44,482 nucleotides of DNA from Spirochaetaceae bacterium (GTDB taxonomy: Bacteria > Spirochaetota > Spirochaetia > PWKH01). A model generated the notes under the pieces. It worked only from the letters and a program-made list of their open reading frames with translations, was not told where the DNA came from and ran no database searches. Made by a program: the position numbers and the translations under genes. Location: positions 1 through 44,482 of the forward strand of contig PWKH01000061.1 in assembly GCA_003559765.1 (NCBI GenBank). Reading direction: 5' to 3'. Numbering within the stretch: position 1 is the stretch's first letter; each line of letters opens with the position of its first letter. Of this stretch, positions 19,379 through 29,050 are shown in pieces.

Positions 19379-19648
19379 TTATTTCCGTAGGTTAAGTTCT
19401 TTCAAAAGCGACCGGTACCGTTCAAGATCGGTCTGGCTCAGATAGCGAAGAAGCCTTCGGCGCTGCCCTACCAGCTTCAGCAGACCTCTCCTGCTGGCAT
19501 GGTCTTTTTTATGGGTTTTAAAATGTTCAGTAAGATCTCTAATCCGGTCGGTGATCAGGGCAATCTGCACTTCAGTTGCGCCGGTATTGCTGTCACTGCC
19601 TCCGAACTGTTTGATGATCTCCTGTTTCCGTTCTTTGGTCAAACTCAT
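19379..19648 (-). CDS. rpsO: 30S ribosomal protein S15
   Basis: [12 protein letters not shown] and [33 protein letters not shown]. Confidence 0.99.
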   Translation of the reverse strand: MSLTKERKQEIIKQFGGSDSNTGATEVQIALITDRIRDLTEHFKTHKKDHASRRGLLKLVGQRRRLLRYLSQTDLERYRSLLKELNLRK

Positions 19649-19667
19649 ATGAATCGTTCTCCTTCAT

Positions 19668-20447
19668 TTAAGCAAATACAAGTCCGTCTATTTTTCCCTC
19701 AACTGGTATGAGGATGTAATCCCGGTCAATGGTGATATCCACGATACCATCAGTCAACCGGCCTTGAAGGATGCAGTGAACTCCGTATACCCCCGGTGGC
19801 GGCAGAGGCTGCGGAACATGCTCCTTCGGTATATAGATGGCTTCATCTCTTCGATATTGAGGTATATTGGCCATATCGAGAGAATAGGCTCTGTTCATGA
19901 GTTTTTCTACAACGTCCAACTCACCTTGCAGTACAGCCCTTCGTATATGTGAAGAACTGACTACGTATTTCCCATCATACAATAAAGAAGGAATAATTTC
20001 TACGTCGACAGAGCGGGAACTGAGAAATTCTCTCACCGAAGCAGAGGAGAAACTGCCTCCTTTCCCGCAGTGAAAGTTTTCACCGACGACTACATGGCGC
20101 AGATCGCAGCTTTCTTTCAGCATCAACAGAAATTCCTCACCGGTATACTGGCTGAATTCGGCACTGAAATCGATGACAATCACATAATCAATGCAGTATT
20201 CAGAAAGAATTTTCAGCTTCTGCCCTGTGGTGGTGATGTCCCCGGGAAACCGGTCGCCGTAGAGTATGGATTTCGGGTTTTTTCTGAAGGTGACGATAGC
20301 CGATGCGGTGTCAGGAAAGCTGCAGATCTTAGTGATCAGCAGCTGATGTCCGGTATGAACACCATCGAACACCCCGATGGAACAGGATACGGGGATGTCC
20401 CGGAGGATGCCGCTGTCATGGAACTGTTCGAAGGGTATGATCTTCAT
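19668..20447 (-). CDS. ribF: FAD synthetase (RibF N-terminal FMN adenylyltransferase domain) with a short, degenerate C-terminal domain
   Basis: IGVFDGVHTGHQ, VVGENFHCG and VSSSHIR. Sits in the usual truB-ribF-rpsO position. The kinase PTAN motif is absent. Confidence 0.8.
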   Translation of the reverse strand: MKIIPFEQFHDSGILRDIPVSCSIGVFDGVHTGHQLLITKICSFPDTASAIVTFRKNPKSILYGDRFPGDITTTGQKLKILSEYCIDYVIVIDFSAEFSQYTGEEFLLMLKESCDLRHVVVGENFHCGKGGSFSSASVREFLSSRSVDVEIIPSLLYDGKYVVSSSHIRRAVLQGELDVVEKLMNRAYSLDMANIPQYRRDEAIYIPKEHVPQPLPPPGVYGVHCILQGRLTDGIVDITIDRDYILIPVEGKIDGLVFA

Positions 20448-21337
20448 AGGCCGGACTCCGTCGGGATATACACAGTATCAAGCCGGCTGCCATCGCGATG
20501 ATACCATCCGGCCGGCTGATCAGTTCCGTCAGTAACCAGGAGAAACCCGGAATCACTGCCGCTTTTTCTGCAGTACGTCAGCCACTGCTCGGAGGGCTTC
20601 ACTCCGTTTTTCACCTTGTGCTCATACTCCGGATACACCTGGGCAATATCCAGGGGAAAGGCCCTGCTGACCGCTTCGGCAGGGGAAATCAGATGGACCG
20701 GCAGGTCGATCTCAGGAGCACGCACTCCGTGATCAATATGAAAGGGTCCGACTGAATTTCTGGTAAGCCGGCTGACATAGCCCCGGGTTCCCGAAGCCAT
20801 GGCAATATCCCGGGCCAGAGAGCGGATATAGGTGCCCTTTGAGCAGGTAATTCGGAATTCCGCCTCAGGGGGCTGCCAGTCAAGCAGCTCCAGCGAGCGG
20901 ATCTGCACCCTCCGCTGAGGCATATCTACCTGCTTCCCCGATCGCGCCAGCCGGTAAGCCCGCTTTCCGTTGATGTGCACTGCCGAATACTCCGGCGGAG
21001 TCTGGGTTATTTCCCCGAGGAACTGATCCAGTACGCAAGTTACCTGCTGACGAAGGGGCATCTCCCCGCGATGGATCACCTCACCTTCCGGATCAAGGGT
21101 GTCAGTCTCTTCCCCGAAGAAGAAACGGGCATAATATTCCTTTTCCAGGGAGACGAAATACTGGGTGAATTTCGTCATATAGCCGACAAGCACGATCAGC
21201 ATACCCTCGGCAAATTTATCCAGGGTACCGGCATGTCCGATTTTTTTGAGTCTGGTATGTCTCTTCAGATAGCGAAGCTCGTCAAAGGAGGTGAATCCGG
21301 ATCGCTTGTTCAGCAGTAATATCCCATGGCTGCTCAT
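20444..21337 (-). CDS. truB: tRNA pseudouridine(55) synthase
   Basis: KIGHAGTLD, QTPPEYSAVHINGKRAY and CSKGTYIRSLARD. Confidence 0.97.
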   Translation of the reverse strand: MSSHGILLLNKRSGFTSFDELRYLKRHTRLKKIGHAGTLDKFAEGMLIVLVGYMTKFTQYFVSLEKEYYARFFFGEETDTLDPEGEVIHRGEMPLRQQVTCVLDQFLGEITQTPPEYSAVHINGKRAYRLARSGKQVDMPQRRVQIRSLELLDWQPPEAEFRITCSKGTYIRSLARDIAMASGTRGYVSRLTRNSVGPFHIDHGVRAPEIDLPVHLISPAEAVSRAFPLDIAQVYPEYEHKVKNGVKPSEQWLTYCRKSGSDSGFLLVTDGTDQPAGWYHRDGSRLDTVYIPTESGL

Positions 21338-21687
21338 GAGTCCTTACGCAGTCCCTCAATCAGTGCATTTACTTCCATACCCTTATGGATGGAGGTGTCA
21401 ACCACAAACAGCAGCTTCGGAGTATTCCTGGTCTTCAGGGCTTTGCCGATTCTTCCCTGGATAAACCCGGATGCATGGTTCAGTCCGTCAACCGACTCCT
21501 GAAGCACGGACACATCTTCAAAGGTGGATACAAACACCTTGGCAAAAGTATTGTCGCTGGCTACCTCAACGCGGTTGAGCTGCACAAACTTGCTTACCCG
21601 GGGATCCTTTATCTCCTCTTTGAGAATCATTGAAGAAATCAGCTCCTGTATGGATGCTGCTATACGGTCATGTCTGAAACCGCTCAT
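21334..21687 (-). CDS. rbfA: Ribosome-binding factor A
   Basis: IKDPRV, LNHASGFI and RNTPKLLFVVDTSI. Lies between infB and truB. Confidence 0.95.
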   Translation of the reverse strand: MSGFRHDRIAASIQELISSMILKEEIKDPRVSKFVQLNRVEVASDNTFAKVFVSTFEDVSVLQESVDGLNHASGFIQGRIGKALKTRNTPKLLFVVDTSIHKGMEVNALIEGLRKDS

Positions 21688-24140
21688 AATTTCTTTTTCA
21701 CCTCAACTGTTTCATAAACTTCCAGAATATCGCCTTTCTCAAAGTTCTGAAACTTATCTACGCTGAGACCGCATTCATATCCGGCATCAACGCTCCGGGC
21801 GTCATCCTTGAACCGCTTCAGGGAGGTAATCTTGCCGGTATGAATCACCGTACTGTCCCGGAGCACATGGACCATGCTGTTGCGCTTCACCTTGCCTTCA
21901 AGGACATAGCATCCGGCGATAACACCAATCTTGGGAACCTTGAACATGTCCCGTACTTCGACCTTGCCGATGACCTCTTCCTTCATGTCCGGTGAAAGCA
22001 TGCCTTCCATGGCGGTTCTGATATCATCCACTGCATCGTAGATAATGTTGTACTTGCGTACATCAATTTTTTCTTTATCTGCTAAGAGCTGCGCCTTCGG
22101 TGTCGGACGCACGTTGAATCCGATAACAATCGCTTCGGAAGCGACCGCCAGGTTGATGTCGTTTTCTACAATTGCACCCGCAGAAGCATGGATGACAACG
22201 AGGCGGATATCTCCAGTGGAAAGCTTCTCAAGGGCTGTCTGAAGCGCTTCTACCGAGCCGTGGACGTCTCCCTTGATGATGACTTTTAATTCCTGAATTT
22301 CTCCGTCCTGGATGGAATCAAAGAGATTGTCCAACGTCACCTTCTTCATGCTGGTAGATTCACCCTGCCGTTCAAGCTCCTGCCGCTTGGATGCAACAGT
22401 TCTCGACTGCTTCTCATTTGCCGTAACCTGGAAAGGAGATCCGGAACTGGGGATGCCGCCGAACCCAAGTATCTCAACCGGGGTTGAGGGGGTCGCAACG
22501 TCGATCTTAGCCCCGTGGCTGTCAAAAAGCGCTCGGACCTTTCCGCTGTAAATACCAGCTACAAAAGGATCTCCGACCCGCAGGGTTCCGCGCTGTATGA
22601 TTACCGTGGATACTATTCCCCTTCCATGCTCAACCTTCGATTCAATTACCCGGCCTTCAGCCCGGCAGTCGTATTCAGCATCAAGTTCAAGCATTTCCGA
22701 CTGCAGCAGGATCGTCTCAAAGAGCTCATCAATTCCCTGCAGCTTCAGTGCTGATATTTCGCAGTACAGGGTACTGCCGCCCCAAGCCTCGGGAATCAGA
22801 TCATATTCTGAGAGCTGCTGTTTGACCCGGTCGGGGTTGGATTCAGGAAGATCAATCTTGTTGATGGCGACAATAATGGGCACCTTCGCCGCTTTCGCAT
22901 GATTAATCGCCTCAATTGTCTGGGGCATAACCCCGTCATTTGCAGCGACTACCAGTATGACAATATCAGTCACCTGGGCACCACGGGAGCGCATCATCGT
23001 AAAAGCGGAGTGACCCGGCGTATCGAGGAAACACACCGTCCCTTCGGGACGATTCACCGTATATGCACCGATATGCTGGGTGATTCCTCCGAATTCATCC
23101 CCTGCCACATCTGCGGAGCGGATTGCATCGAGAAGCTTTGTCTTTCCGTGGTCGACATGCCCCATCACCGTAACAATAGGGGGCCGGTTCTTCGTATCGC
23201 GGGACTCATCATAGTCCTTTTCAATTACCGTCTCATCATAAAGAGAAACAATATTAACCGTGCAGTTATACTCAGAGGCAATCAGCTGAGCAGTATCGGA
23301 ATCAAGCTGCTGATTAATGGTCACCATCATCCCCATGCCCATCAGTTTCGAGATCAGCTCGTTGGCCTTCAGATTCATCTTGCGGGCAAGTTCACTGACG
23401 GTGATTACCTCCATGATGTCTATCTTTTTCGGCACCGGATTTACTTTCTGGCTCTGCTTTTTCTTCAGATGGAAATTTCGCTCAGGAGCCTGCTCCTTCT
23501 TCCGGTAGTCAATCTTCTTCTTCTGTTTGAAGGTCTTCTTACTGTGTTTCTTTGCTCCCTCTTTCTGTTCATCAGCGGCGGGAGCCGGTGCAGCACCAGG
23601 TTTTGGGGCGGGACCTTTCTGAAAGGGTCCCTTCCGTCTGTCATCGGCAGGAGGTATGGGTCCTCTCCTGCGGGGAGGCTGCTGGGGCCGGTCGTCACGA
23701 TGGGCCCTCCGCGGCTGCTGGGGCCGGTCCCGTTTTTCCGCCTCCCCTCCGGCTGGTCTCCTGGGAGCGCGGGAAATATAAGCCTGGCGGGGCTTCTGCT
23801 TCTTCACCTCCGCAGCAGGCGCCGTCTTCTGCTGTTCCGGCTGCTGTGGTTGCTTGGCCTGTTCCGGCTGTTTCTGCTGTTCAGGCTGTACGGCCTGTTC
23901 AGGTTTCTTCTGAGGTTCCTGAGGCTGAGCCGATTCAGGCTGTCCGGCGGCAGGCTGCTGATCAGCAGTCTCATCCGGCGTTTCCTTCGGCGGTGTTTTT
24001 TTTACTAACCGCTTTTTCTTGACTACTACCACCTTCTTCTTCTCAGGAGGACGATCGGACTGAGGCTGAGGACTCTTACTGGTATCAGTTCGTTTGTGTT
24101 TGATTAGTGTAGCCTTCGGTTTGTTGTTTTCTTCTGCCAT
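21684..24140 (-). CDS. infB: Translation initiation factor IF-2
   Basis: [47 protein letters not shown] and SLKRFKDD. Confidence 0.99.
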   Translation of the reverse strand: MAEENNKPKATLIKHKRTDTSKSPQPQSDRPPEKKKVVVVKKKRLVKKTPPKETPDETADQQPAAGQPESAQPQEPQKKPEQAVQPEQQKQPEQAKQPQQPEQQKTAPAAEVKKQKPRQAYISRAPRRPAGGEAEKRDRPQQPRRAHRDDRPQQPPRRRGPIPPADDRRKGPFQKGPAPKPGAAPAPAADEQKEGAKKHSKKTFKQKKKIDYRKKEQAPERNFHLKKKQSQKVNPVPKKIDIMEVITVSELARKMNLKANELISKLMGMGMMVTINQQLDSDTAQLIASEYNCTVNIVSLYDETVIEKDYDESRDTKNRPPIVTVMGHVDHGKTKLLDAIRSADVAGDEFGGITQHIGAYTVNRPEGTVCFLDTPGHSAFTMMRSRGAQVTDIVILVVAANDGVMPQTIEAINHAKAAKVPIIVAINKIDLPESNPDRVKQQLSEYDLIPEAWGGSTLYCEISALKLQGIDELFETILLQSEMLELDAEYDCRAEGRVIESKVEHGRGIVSTVIIQRGTLRVGDPFVAGIYSGKVRALFDSHGAKIDVATPSTPVEILGFGGIPSSGSPFQVTANEKQSRTVASKRQELERQGESTSMKKVTLDNLFDSIQDGEIQELKVIIKGDVHGSVEALQTALEKLSTGDIRLVVIHASAGAIVENDINLAVASEAIVIGFNVRPTPKAQLLADKEKIDVRKYNIIYDAVDDIRTAMEGMLSPDMKEEVIGKVEVRDMFKVPKIGVIAGCYVLEGKVKRNSMVHVLRDSTVIHTGKITSLKRFKDDARSVDAGYECGLSVDKFQNFEKGDILEVYETVEVKKKL
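23826..23943 (-). repeat. Imperfect ~18-bp coding tandem repeat in the IF2 N-terminal region
   Basis: Encodes [39 protein letters not shown], with recurring CAGCCKGAACAG units. Confidence 0.6.
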
Positions 24141-24159
24141 AGAATTCTATTATCCTTTC

Positions 24160-25686
24160 TTATTCCTCTTCCTCTTCTTCCTCATATTCGAAGCTGAGTC
24201 CGACGCCGCAGCTGGGACAGGATTCCATATCCAGGGTTATTTCACTTCCGCATTCCGGACATTCGTAGGTTTCAGACTCTTCCCCCTCATCTTCCTGCTC
24301 GAACTCTGCTTCCGTACCTTCCTGTTCTGCATCCTCTTCCTCGGTACGTACTTCATCCTGCTCATCAGTATTGTCGTTTTCTTCAACAATATCAACATAC
24401 TCGTTCACGATATTGTTTAATTCCTCAAGCACCTGCCCGTCGATCCCTTCAATAGCAAGCAGCTGCTCGTCATCGGCATTGATATAACTTTCGATGCTCT
24501 CTATGCCGTGTTCACGCAGCAGGTTCACATATTTTTCAGAAATTTCAGGTATATCGCTGATGTTTTCAATTTCCTCGTACTCTTCCTGACCGCCGTCTGA
24601 GGAGAACAGTGATTCAAAGTCCCGCTTGAACTCCTGGGTGATGTCCAGTTCAGCAAACTGCTGATCGGTCTTCACATCGATGTTCCAGTCGGCAAGACGG
24701 TTGGCGAGACGGACATTCAGCCCCTGTTTGCCGATCGCAAGGGAGAGCTGGTTCTCACTGACCACAGCAAGGGCGGAGCGCTTCGTCTCGTCAAGTATGT
24801 AGACCTGCTTGACTTCCGCCGGGGAGAGGGCGTTTTTTATGAATTCCCTCGGATCGATCTCATATTTGAGGATATCGATCTTCTCCCCTTCCATCTCCTT
24901 TACAATAGCTTGAATACGAGTTCCTTTCAACCCGACGCAGGACCCTACCGGATCAACGTCCTCCCGGTTGGAGTACACTGCCATTTTTGTACGATATCCC
25001 GGCTCACGAACAATCTTGTACATTTCGATGGTGCGGTCATACACCTCAGGCACTTCAATTTCAAAGAGCTTTTTGACGAAATCGGTGTGGGTTCTCGACA
25101 GCACAATGTTGACGCCCTTCGGCCCTTTCTCCACGCTGTAGATAAGGGTCTTCAGCCGATCTCCCTGATGGTAGAATTCCCGGGGAGACTGAAACCGCCT
25201 GGGGAGAATTCCTTCGGTCTTTCCGATGTCAATGAAGATATCACCGTTTTTCTCACGCTGGTAGTACCCGATGATCATCTCCCCTTCCTTGCTTTTAAAC
25301 TCGGAATAGAGGGTGTCCTTCTGGATATCCCGCAGGCTCTGGCGTGCCTTCTGCTTCGCACTCTGCACAGCGATCCGGTCAAACTCCTTGGGATCAATTT
25401 CGATGAGAAGCTCATCACCGACTTCGCATTCTTCGTTAAGTTCCAGAGCTTCATCCAGGGGAATCTCAGTCACCGGATCCTCAGGGTCTTCTACGATCAT
25501 TTTCTTCGCAAACAAAGAAACCTCGTCCCCGTCTTCGCTGAACTGGACTACCGCATTTTCTGTAGTTCCGAACTTCCGCTTATACGCAGCGAAGAGAAAC
25601 TCTTCGATGGTCTTTTTTATAAGATCTTCAGATATTCCCCTATCAGCGACTAATGATCTGATCGCTTCATGTAAACCAGCAGCCAT
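24160..25686 (-). CDS. nusA: Transcription termination/antitermination factor NusA with C-terminal HhH-like domain and zinc ribbon
   Basis: RIAVQSAKQ, LSRTHTDF, REPGYRTK, DPVGSCVG and LSLAIGKQGLNVRLA. C-terminal CPEC-x10-CPSC. Confidence 0.98.
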   Translation of the reverse strand: MAAGLHEAIRSLVADRGISEDLIKKTIEEFLFAAYKRKFGTTENAVVQFSEDGDEVSLFAKKMIVEDPEDPVTEIPLDEALELNEECEVGDELLIEIDPKEFDRIAVQSAKQKARQSLRDIQKDTLYSEFKSKEGEMIIGYYQREKNGDIFIDIGKTEGILPRRFQSPREFYHQGDRLKTLIYSVEKGPKGVNIVLSRTHTDFVKKLFEIEVPEVYDRTIEMYKIVREPGYRTKMAVYSNREDVDPVGSCVGLKGTRIQAIVKEMEGEKIDILKYEIDPREFIKNALSPAEVKQVYILDETKRSALAVVSENQLSLAIGKQGLNVRLANRLADWNIDVKTDQQFAELDITQEFKRDFESLFSSDGGQEEYEEIENISDIPEISEKYVNLLREHGIESIESYINADDEQLLAIEGIDGQVLEELNNIVNEYVDIVEENDNTDEQDEVRTEEEDAEQEGTEAEFEQEDEGEESETYECPECGSEITLDMESCPSCGVGLSFEYEEEEEEE

Positions 25687-25689
25687 GTA

Positions 25690-26148
25690 CTATTTCTCCT
25701 TCAAACTACCCGCTAACTTTGCTTTTCTAATTGATTCCACGGCATATGACACCGTTTTGTTCTCCGTATCGAGGGTGACCTGGGCCCCGTCAAAGTCTCG
25801 GAGCACCCCTTCTGTCCACTGCTCATCTATCAGGATACGAATCTGCTCTTCCTGAAAGACAGTAAATTCATGAACATCCTTGAAACTACGGCTCAGTCCC
25901 GGGGAGGATACCTCCAGGTGGATATCCCGGGTGTCGAATAACACGGTCAGCCTCGGCTGAACCAGTCGGGACACTGCAGCGCAGTCATCAAGGGAGGTGT
26001 TACCTCGGGGATTGCGGATGACCACCTGCACATGCCGATCCCGTTTAACCACTGCATCCTGCACGTCAACTACAGTATACCCCAATGACTGCACCAGCGG
26101 AAAGAGTTCCTGATATAATTCCTTCGTCTGAATCTTATTCTGCAGCAT
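25690..26148 (-). CDS. rimP: Ribosome maturation factor RimP
   Basis: SLDDCAAVSR and LEVSSPGLSR, directly upstream of nusA. Start moved to ATG 26148; 26160 is an alternative. Confidence 0.93.
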   Translation of the reverse strand: MLQNKIQTKELYQELFPLVQSLGYTVVDVQDAVVKRDRHVQVVIRNPRGNTSLDDCAAVSRLVQPRLTVLFDTRDIHLEVSSPGLSRSFKDVHEFTVFQEEQIRILIDEQWTEGVLRDFDGAQVTLDTENKTVSYAVESIRKAKLAGSLKEK

Positions 26149-26186
26149 ATTTTCTTTCATCCCTTCCAGCAGAGCCGATGCGGCAC

Positions 26187-26218
26187 AAAAAAAGGATCGA
26201 ACCAATTCGACCCCTTTT
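26187..26218 (-). terminator. rimP leader terminator/attenuator hairpin
   Basis: GGGTCGAA-TTGG-TTCGATCC followed by T7, between the promoter and the rimP start. Confidence 0.75.
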
Positions 26219-26247
26219 CTCTCGCAGGAAAAAAAAGTTGTACTCAC

Positions 26248-26276
26248 TGTATAGCAAGTTATTGACATTGCGTCAA
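26248..26276 (-). promoter_or_regulatory. Putative sigma70 promoter of the rimP-nusA-infB operon
   Basis: TTGACG (26276-26271), 17 nt, TATACA (26253-26248) with a TGn extension. Confidence 0.6.
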
Positions 26277-26400
26277 TCCTTAAACACGACGGACATTACG
26301 GTATTGAGAAGCAATATCCCCGGAGGAGCTGTTCCCGCTCAATAATGACCCGGCAGCCCCGCGGCCGGCATAAACGCAGAACAACGGTTTATTCGGGTTA

Positions 26401-28992
26401 TCACGGCTTCTGCCTGTTTTTCAGCAGTCTGTGCTGTATGTTTGAAAGAAACACCAGAGCCTCCATGGGAGTTGCATGATTGACCTCGAAGGCTGCAATT
26501 TCCTCCAGCACTTCCCGGGTTTCCGTATCAAGATCGGACTGCTGAGGCTGAACCTCCTCGCTGATATCGAACAGCTCCAGCTGGGAGGAGCCCTCCCGGG
26601 TGCGGGAGAGCTCAAGCTTCTCAAGCTGTTTCTCCGCCCTTCGAATCACCGACTGGGGAAGCCCGGCAAGTTTTGCCACATGAATACCGTATGAAGACTG
26701 CATGCTCCCCGGCTTTACCCGGTTGAGAAACTTTATCTCATCTCCCTGCTCATGGACGTCAAGAAACAGCTTCTGAATCATCGGGGAATCAAGGGATGTC
26801 AATTCATGGAAATGGGTGGCAAAGAGGGTTTTGCTGCCGATATGCACCACGTAATGGAGCACTGCACTGGCTATGGAGATGCCGTCGGCAGTGCTGGTGC
26901 CCCGGCCGACTTCGTCCATGATAATCAGGCTTTCTGAGGTAGCATTCCTGAGAATGTAGGCGGTCTCATTCATCTCGACGAGAAAGGTGCTCTCACCCCT
27001 GGCCAGGTTGTCCGAAGCTCCGACCCGGCAGAAGATTTTATCAACTTCCCCGATCAGCGCAGCCTCTGTCGGCACAAAACTTCCCATATAGGCCATCACG
27101 ATAATCAGGGCGTTCTGCCTGAGAAATGTTGACTTCCCCGCCATATTCGGACCGGTAATCAGGGCAAACCGGTGGTAATCCCGGGGAACAGTCAAGTCAT
27201 TCGGGACGAAGTCCCCCGGAGGGAGACTCTTTTCAACGACAGGATGACGTCCTCTGACAATCTCCAGTTTGTTCTCCCCGCAGAACTTCGGGCGGACATA
27301 CCCGAGGGAGACTGCGGCATGGGCAAGGGACTGGTAGCAGTCAGCAGTGGCGCAGACCTGACCCGCCTCCAGGATCTCGCCTGAGGCTTCCTGAATCCGA
27401 CTGATAATCTCCTGATACACCCGTTTTTCCAGATCCACATACCCTTCCCTGGCCTCCCTGAGGCGGGATTCCAGGTCCAGCAGGTACTCGCTGGTAAAGC
27501 GCTCCGAGTTTACCAATGTCTGCTTTCTGATGAATTTCCCGTCGATCTGCGGGCTTGCGGTCTTGGAAACCTCGATGAAATATCCCAGGATTTTGTTGTA
27601 CTTAATCCGCAGCTTCTGGATACCCGTCTCATCCCGCAGCTGCTGCTGATACCTGCTGATATACTCCACACTGTGGTCAAGATAATCCCGCATGGAATCC
27701 AGCTCTTCATGATACCCCGGCTTGATCAGATACTGCTGGTGGGATGCCGGCTCAAAATGAATGCTCGCTTCGATCAGCTCAGCAGCTGACCGTACTGCAG
27801 TGCATATTCTCTCCTCCATGTTCACCTTCAGCCTGCCTGCCGCCGCCTCATTGACCGCAAGAGACCGCTCCAGGGACTGACGCAGGGAATACAGATCCTT
27901 CGGCTGAGCACGGCCGATCATGATGCGGGTGGTGATCCGCGGGATGTCGAGCATCCCCTTGAGCAGTCCCCGAAGTTTCTGCAGCAGGTCCGGTGAATGG
28001 TACAGAACATCCACCGCATCAAGCCGCTCAGTGCGCTGATCCGCATCCATCAGCGGGCGGATGATCCAGTCCCGGAGCATTCTGGAACCGCTGGCGGTGA
28101 CGGTATGCTTCAGGACTGCATACAGAGTGTCCTTTTCGCTTCCGTCCTGGAGATTCTTCAGCAGCTCAAGGTTCCGCTGGGTGGACTCGTCCATCAGCAG
28201 ATAGTCCCGCCGCTGATGGGGTCTGATTGACCGGATATGCTGCAGATTGAGCTTTGCATTGTCCCGCAGATAGGTGATCAGGGTACCCACCGCATACATT
28301 CCGGGTTCGTCCTCTCCGATACCGAATGCCTGGAGGGAACTGACTCCGAAGAGCTCCCTGCAGGCCTGGTAGGAGGCTTCAATATCGAAACTCCAGTCGG
28401 GAAAGGTGGTAACCATTGCAGAAGAGGAGGCAAGCACCCGCTTTACCTCCGGCCGATCATGATAGAGCGACTCCTGAAACAAAGCCTCCGACGGATCCAG
28501 TTCGAATAACAGCTTCCGGATCTGATGCAGGGGATCATCAAAGGGCTGGGAGGCGACGGAGAACTCACCGGTGGACACATCAATCCATGCTGCAGTCAGC
28601 AGTCCGCCGAACACGCCGCAGGAGATAATGTAGTTGTTTTTCCCCGAAGCCAGCAGATCGTCATCAATCACTGTTCCCGGAGAAATCACCTGCACCACTT
28701 CCCGTTTTGCAATCCCCTTCTCGGGCATTTCAGTCTGTTCGCAGATGGCAATCCGCTTCCCTGCATCAAGGAGCTTCTTCACATAGCTCTTGGTCGCATG
28801 ATAGGGAATACCGCACATCGGAATGCCGTTTCTCGCCGTCAGAGTTACATTGAGGATATTGGAGGCGGTCTGGGCGTCCTGATCAAACATCTCGTAGAAG
28901 TCGCCGAGACGGAAAAAGAGTATCTCCTCCGGATACTCCCGTTTGATCGAGTAGTACTGACGCATCATCGGGGTCGCATTGTCTTCAGCCAT
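26401..28992 (-). CDS. mutS: DNA mismatch repair protein MutS
   Basis: TPMMRQY, FFRLGDFYEMF, GPNMAGKSTFLRQ, GESTFLVEM, DEVGRGTS, FATHFHEL and SYGIHVAKLAGLP. Confidence 0.98.
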   Translation of the reverse strand: MAEDNATPMMRQYYSIKREYPEEILFFRLGDFYEMFDQDAQTASNILNVTLTARNGIPMCGIPYHATKSYVKKLLDAGKRIAICEQTEMPEKGIAKREVVQVISPGTVIDDDLLASGKNNYIISCGVFGGLLTAAWIDVSTGEFSVASQPFDDPLHQIRKLLFELDPSEALFQESLYHDRPEVKRVLASSSAMVTTFPDWSFDIEASYQACRELFGVSSLQAFGIGEDEPGMYAVGTLITYLRDNAKLNLQHIRSIRPHQRRDYLLMDESTQRNLELLKNLQDGSEKDTLYAVLKHTVTASGSRMLRDWIIRPLMDADQRTERLDAVDVLYHSPDLLQKLRGLLKGMLDIPRITTRIMIGRAQPKDLYSLRQSLERSLAVNEAAAGRLKVNMEERICTAVRSAAELIEASIHFEPASHQQYLIKPGYHEELDSMRDYLDHSVEYISRYQQQLRDETGIQKLRIKYNKILGYFIEVSKTASPQIDGKFIRKQTLVNSERFTSEYLLDLESRLREAREGYVDLEKRVYQEIISRIQEASGEILEAGQVCATADCYQSLAHAAVSLGYVRPKFCGENKLEIVRGRHPVVEKSLPPGDFVPNDLTVPRDYHRFALITGPNMAGKSTFLRQNALIIVMAYMGSFVPTEAALIGEVDKIFCRVGASDNLARGESTFLVEMNETAYILRNATSESLIIMDEVGRGTSTADGISIASAVLHYVVHIGSKTLFATHFHELTSLDSPMIQKLFLDVHEQGDEIKFLNRVKPGSMQSSYGIHVAKLAGLPQSVIRRAEKQLEKLELSRTREGSSQLELFDISEEVQPQQSDLDTETREVLEEIAAFEVNHATPMEALVFLSNIQHRLLKNRQKP

Positions 28993-29006
28993 AGATCATT
29001 ATCCTC

Positions 29007-29033
29007 AGGGAGGGGAGATCATCTCCCCTCCCT
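29007..29033. repeat. Perfect 13-bp inverted repeat between bamA and mutS
   Basis: AGGGAGGGGAGAT-C-ATCTCCCCTCCCT, with no U-tract on either side. Confidence 0.8.
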
Positions 29034-29050
29034 TCAGGTCAGCATACACC

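Noticed and set aside
23826-23943. Short repeats considered as a possible CRISPR or other non-coding array
   Set aside because: They are in-frame degenerate coding repeats with no unique spacers, and no cas genes are present.
22899-24008. 369-aa plus-strand ORF antisense to infB
   Set aside because: Mirror of the infB codon pattern and low-complexity region, with no protein family features.
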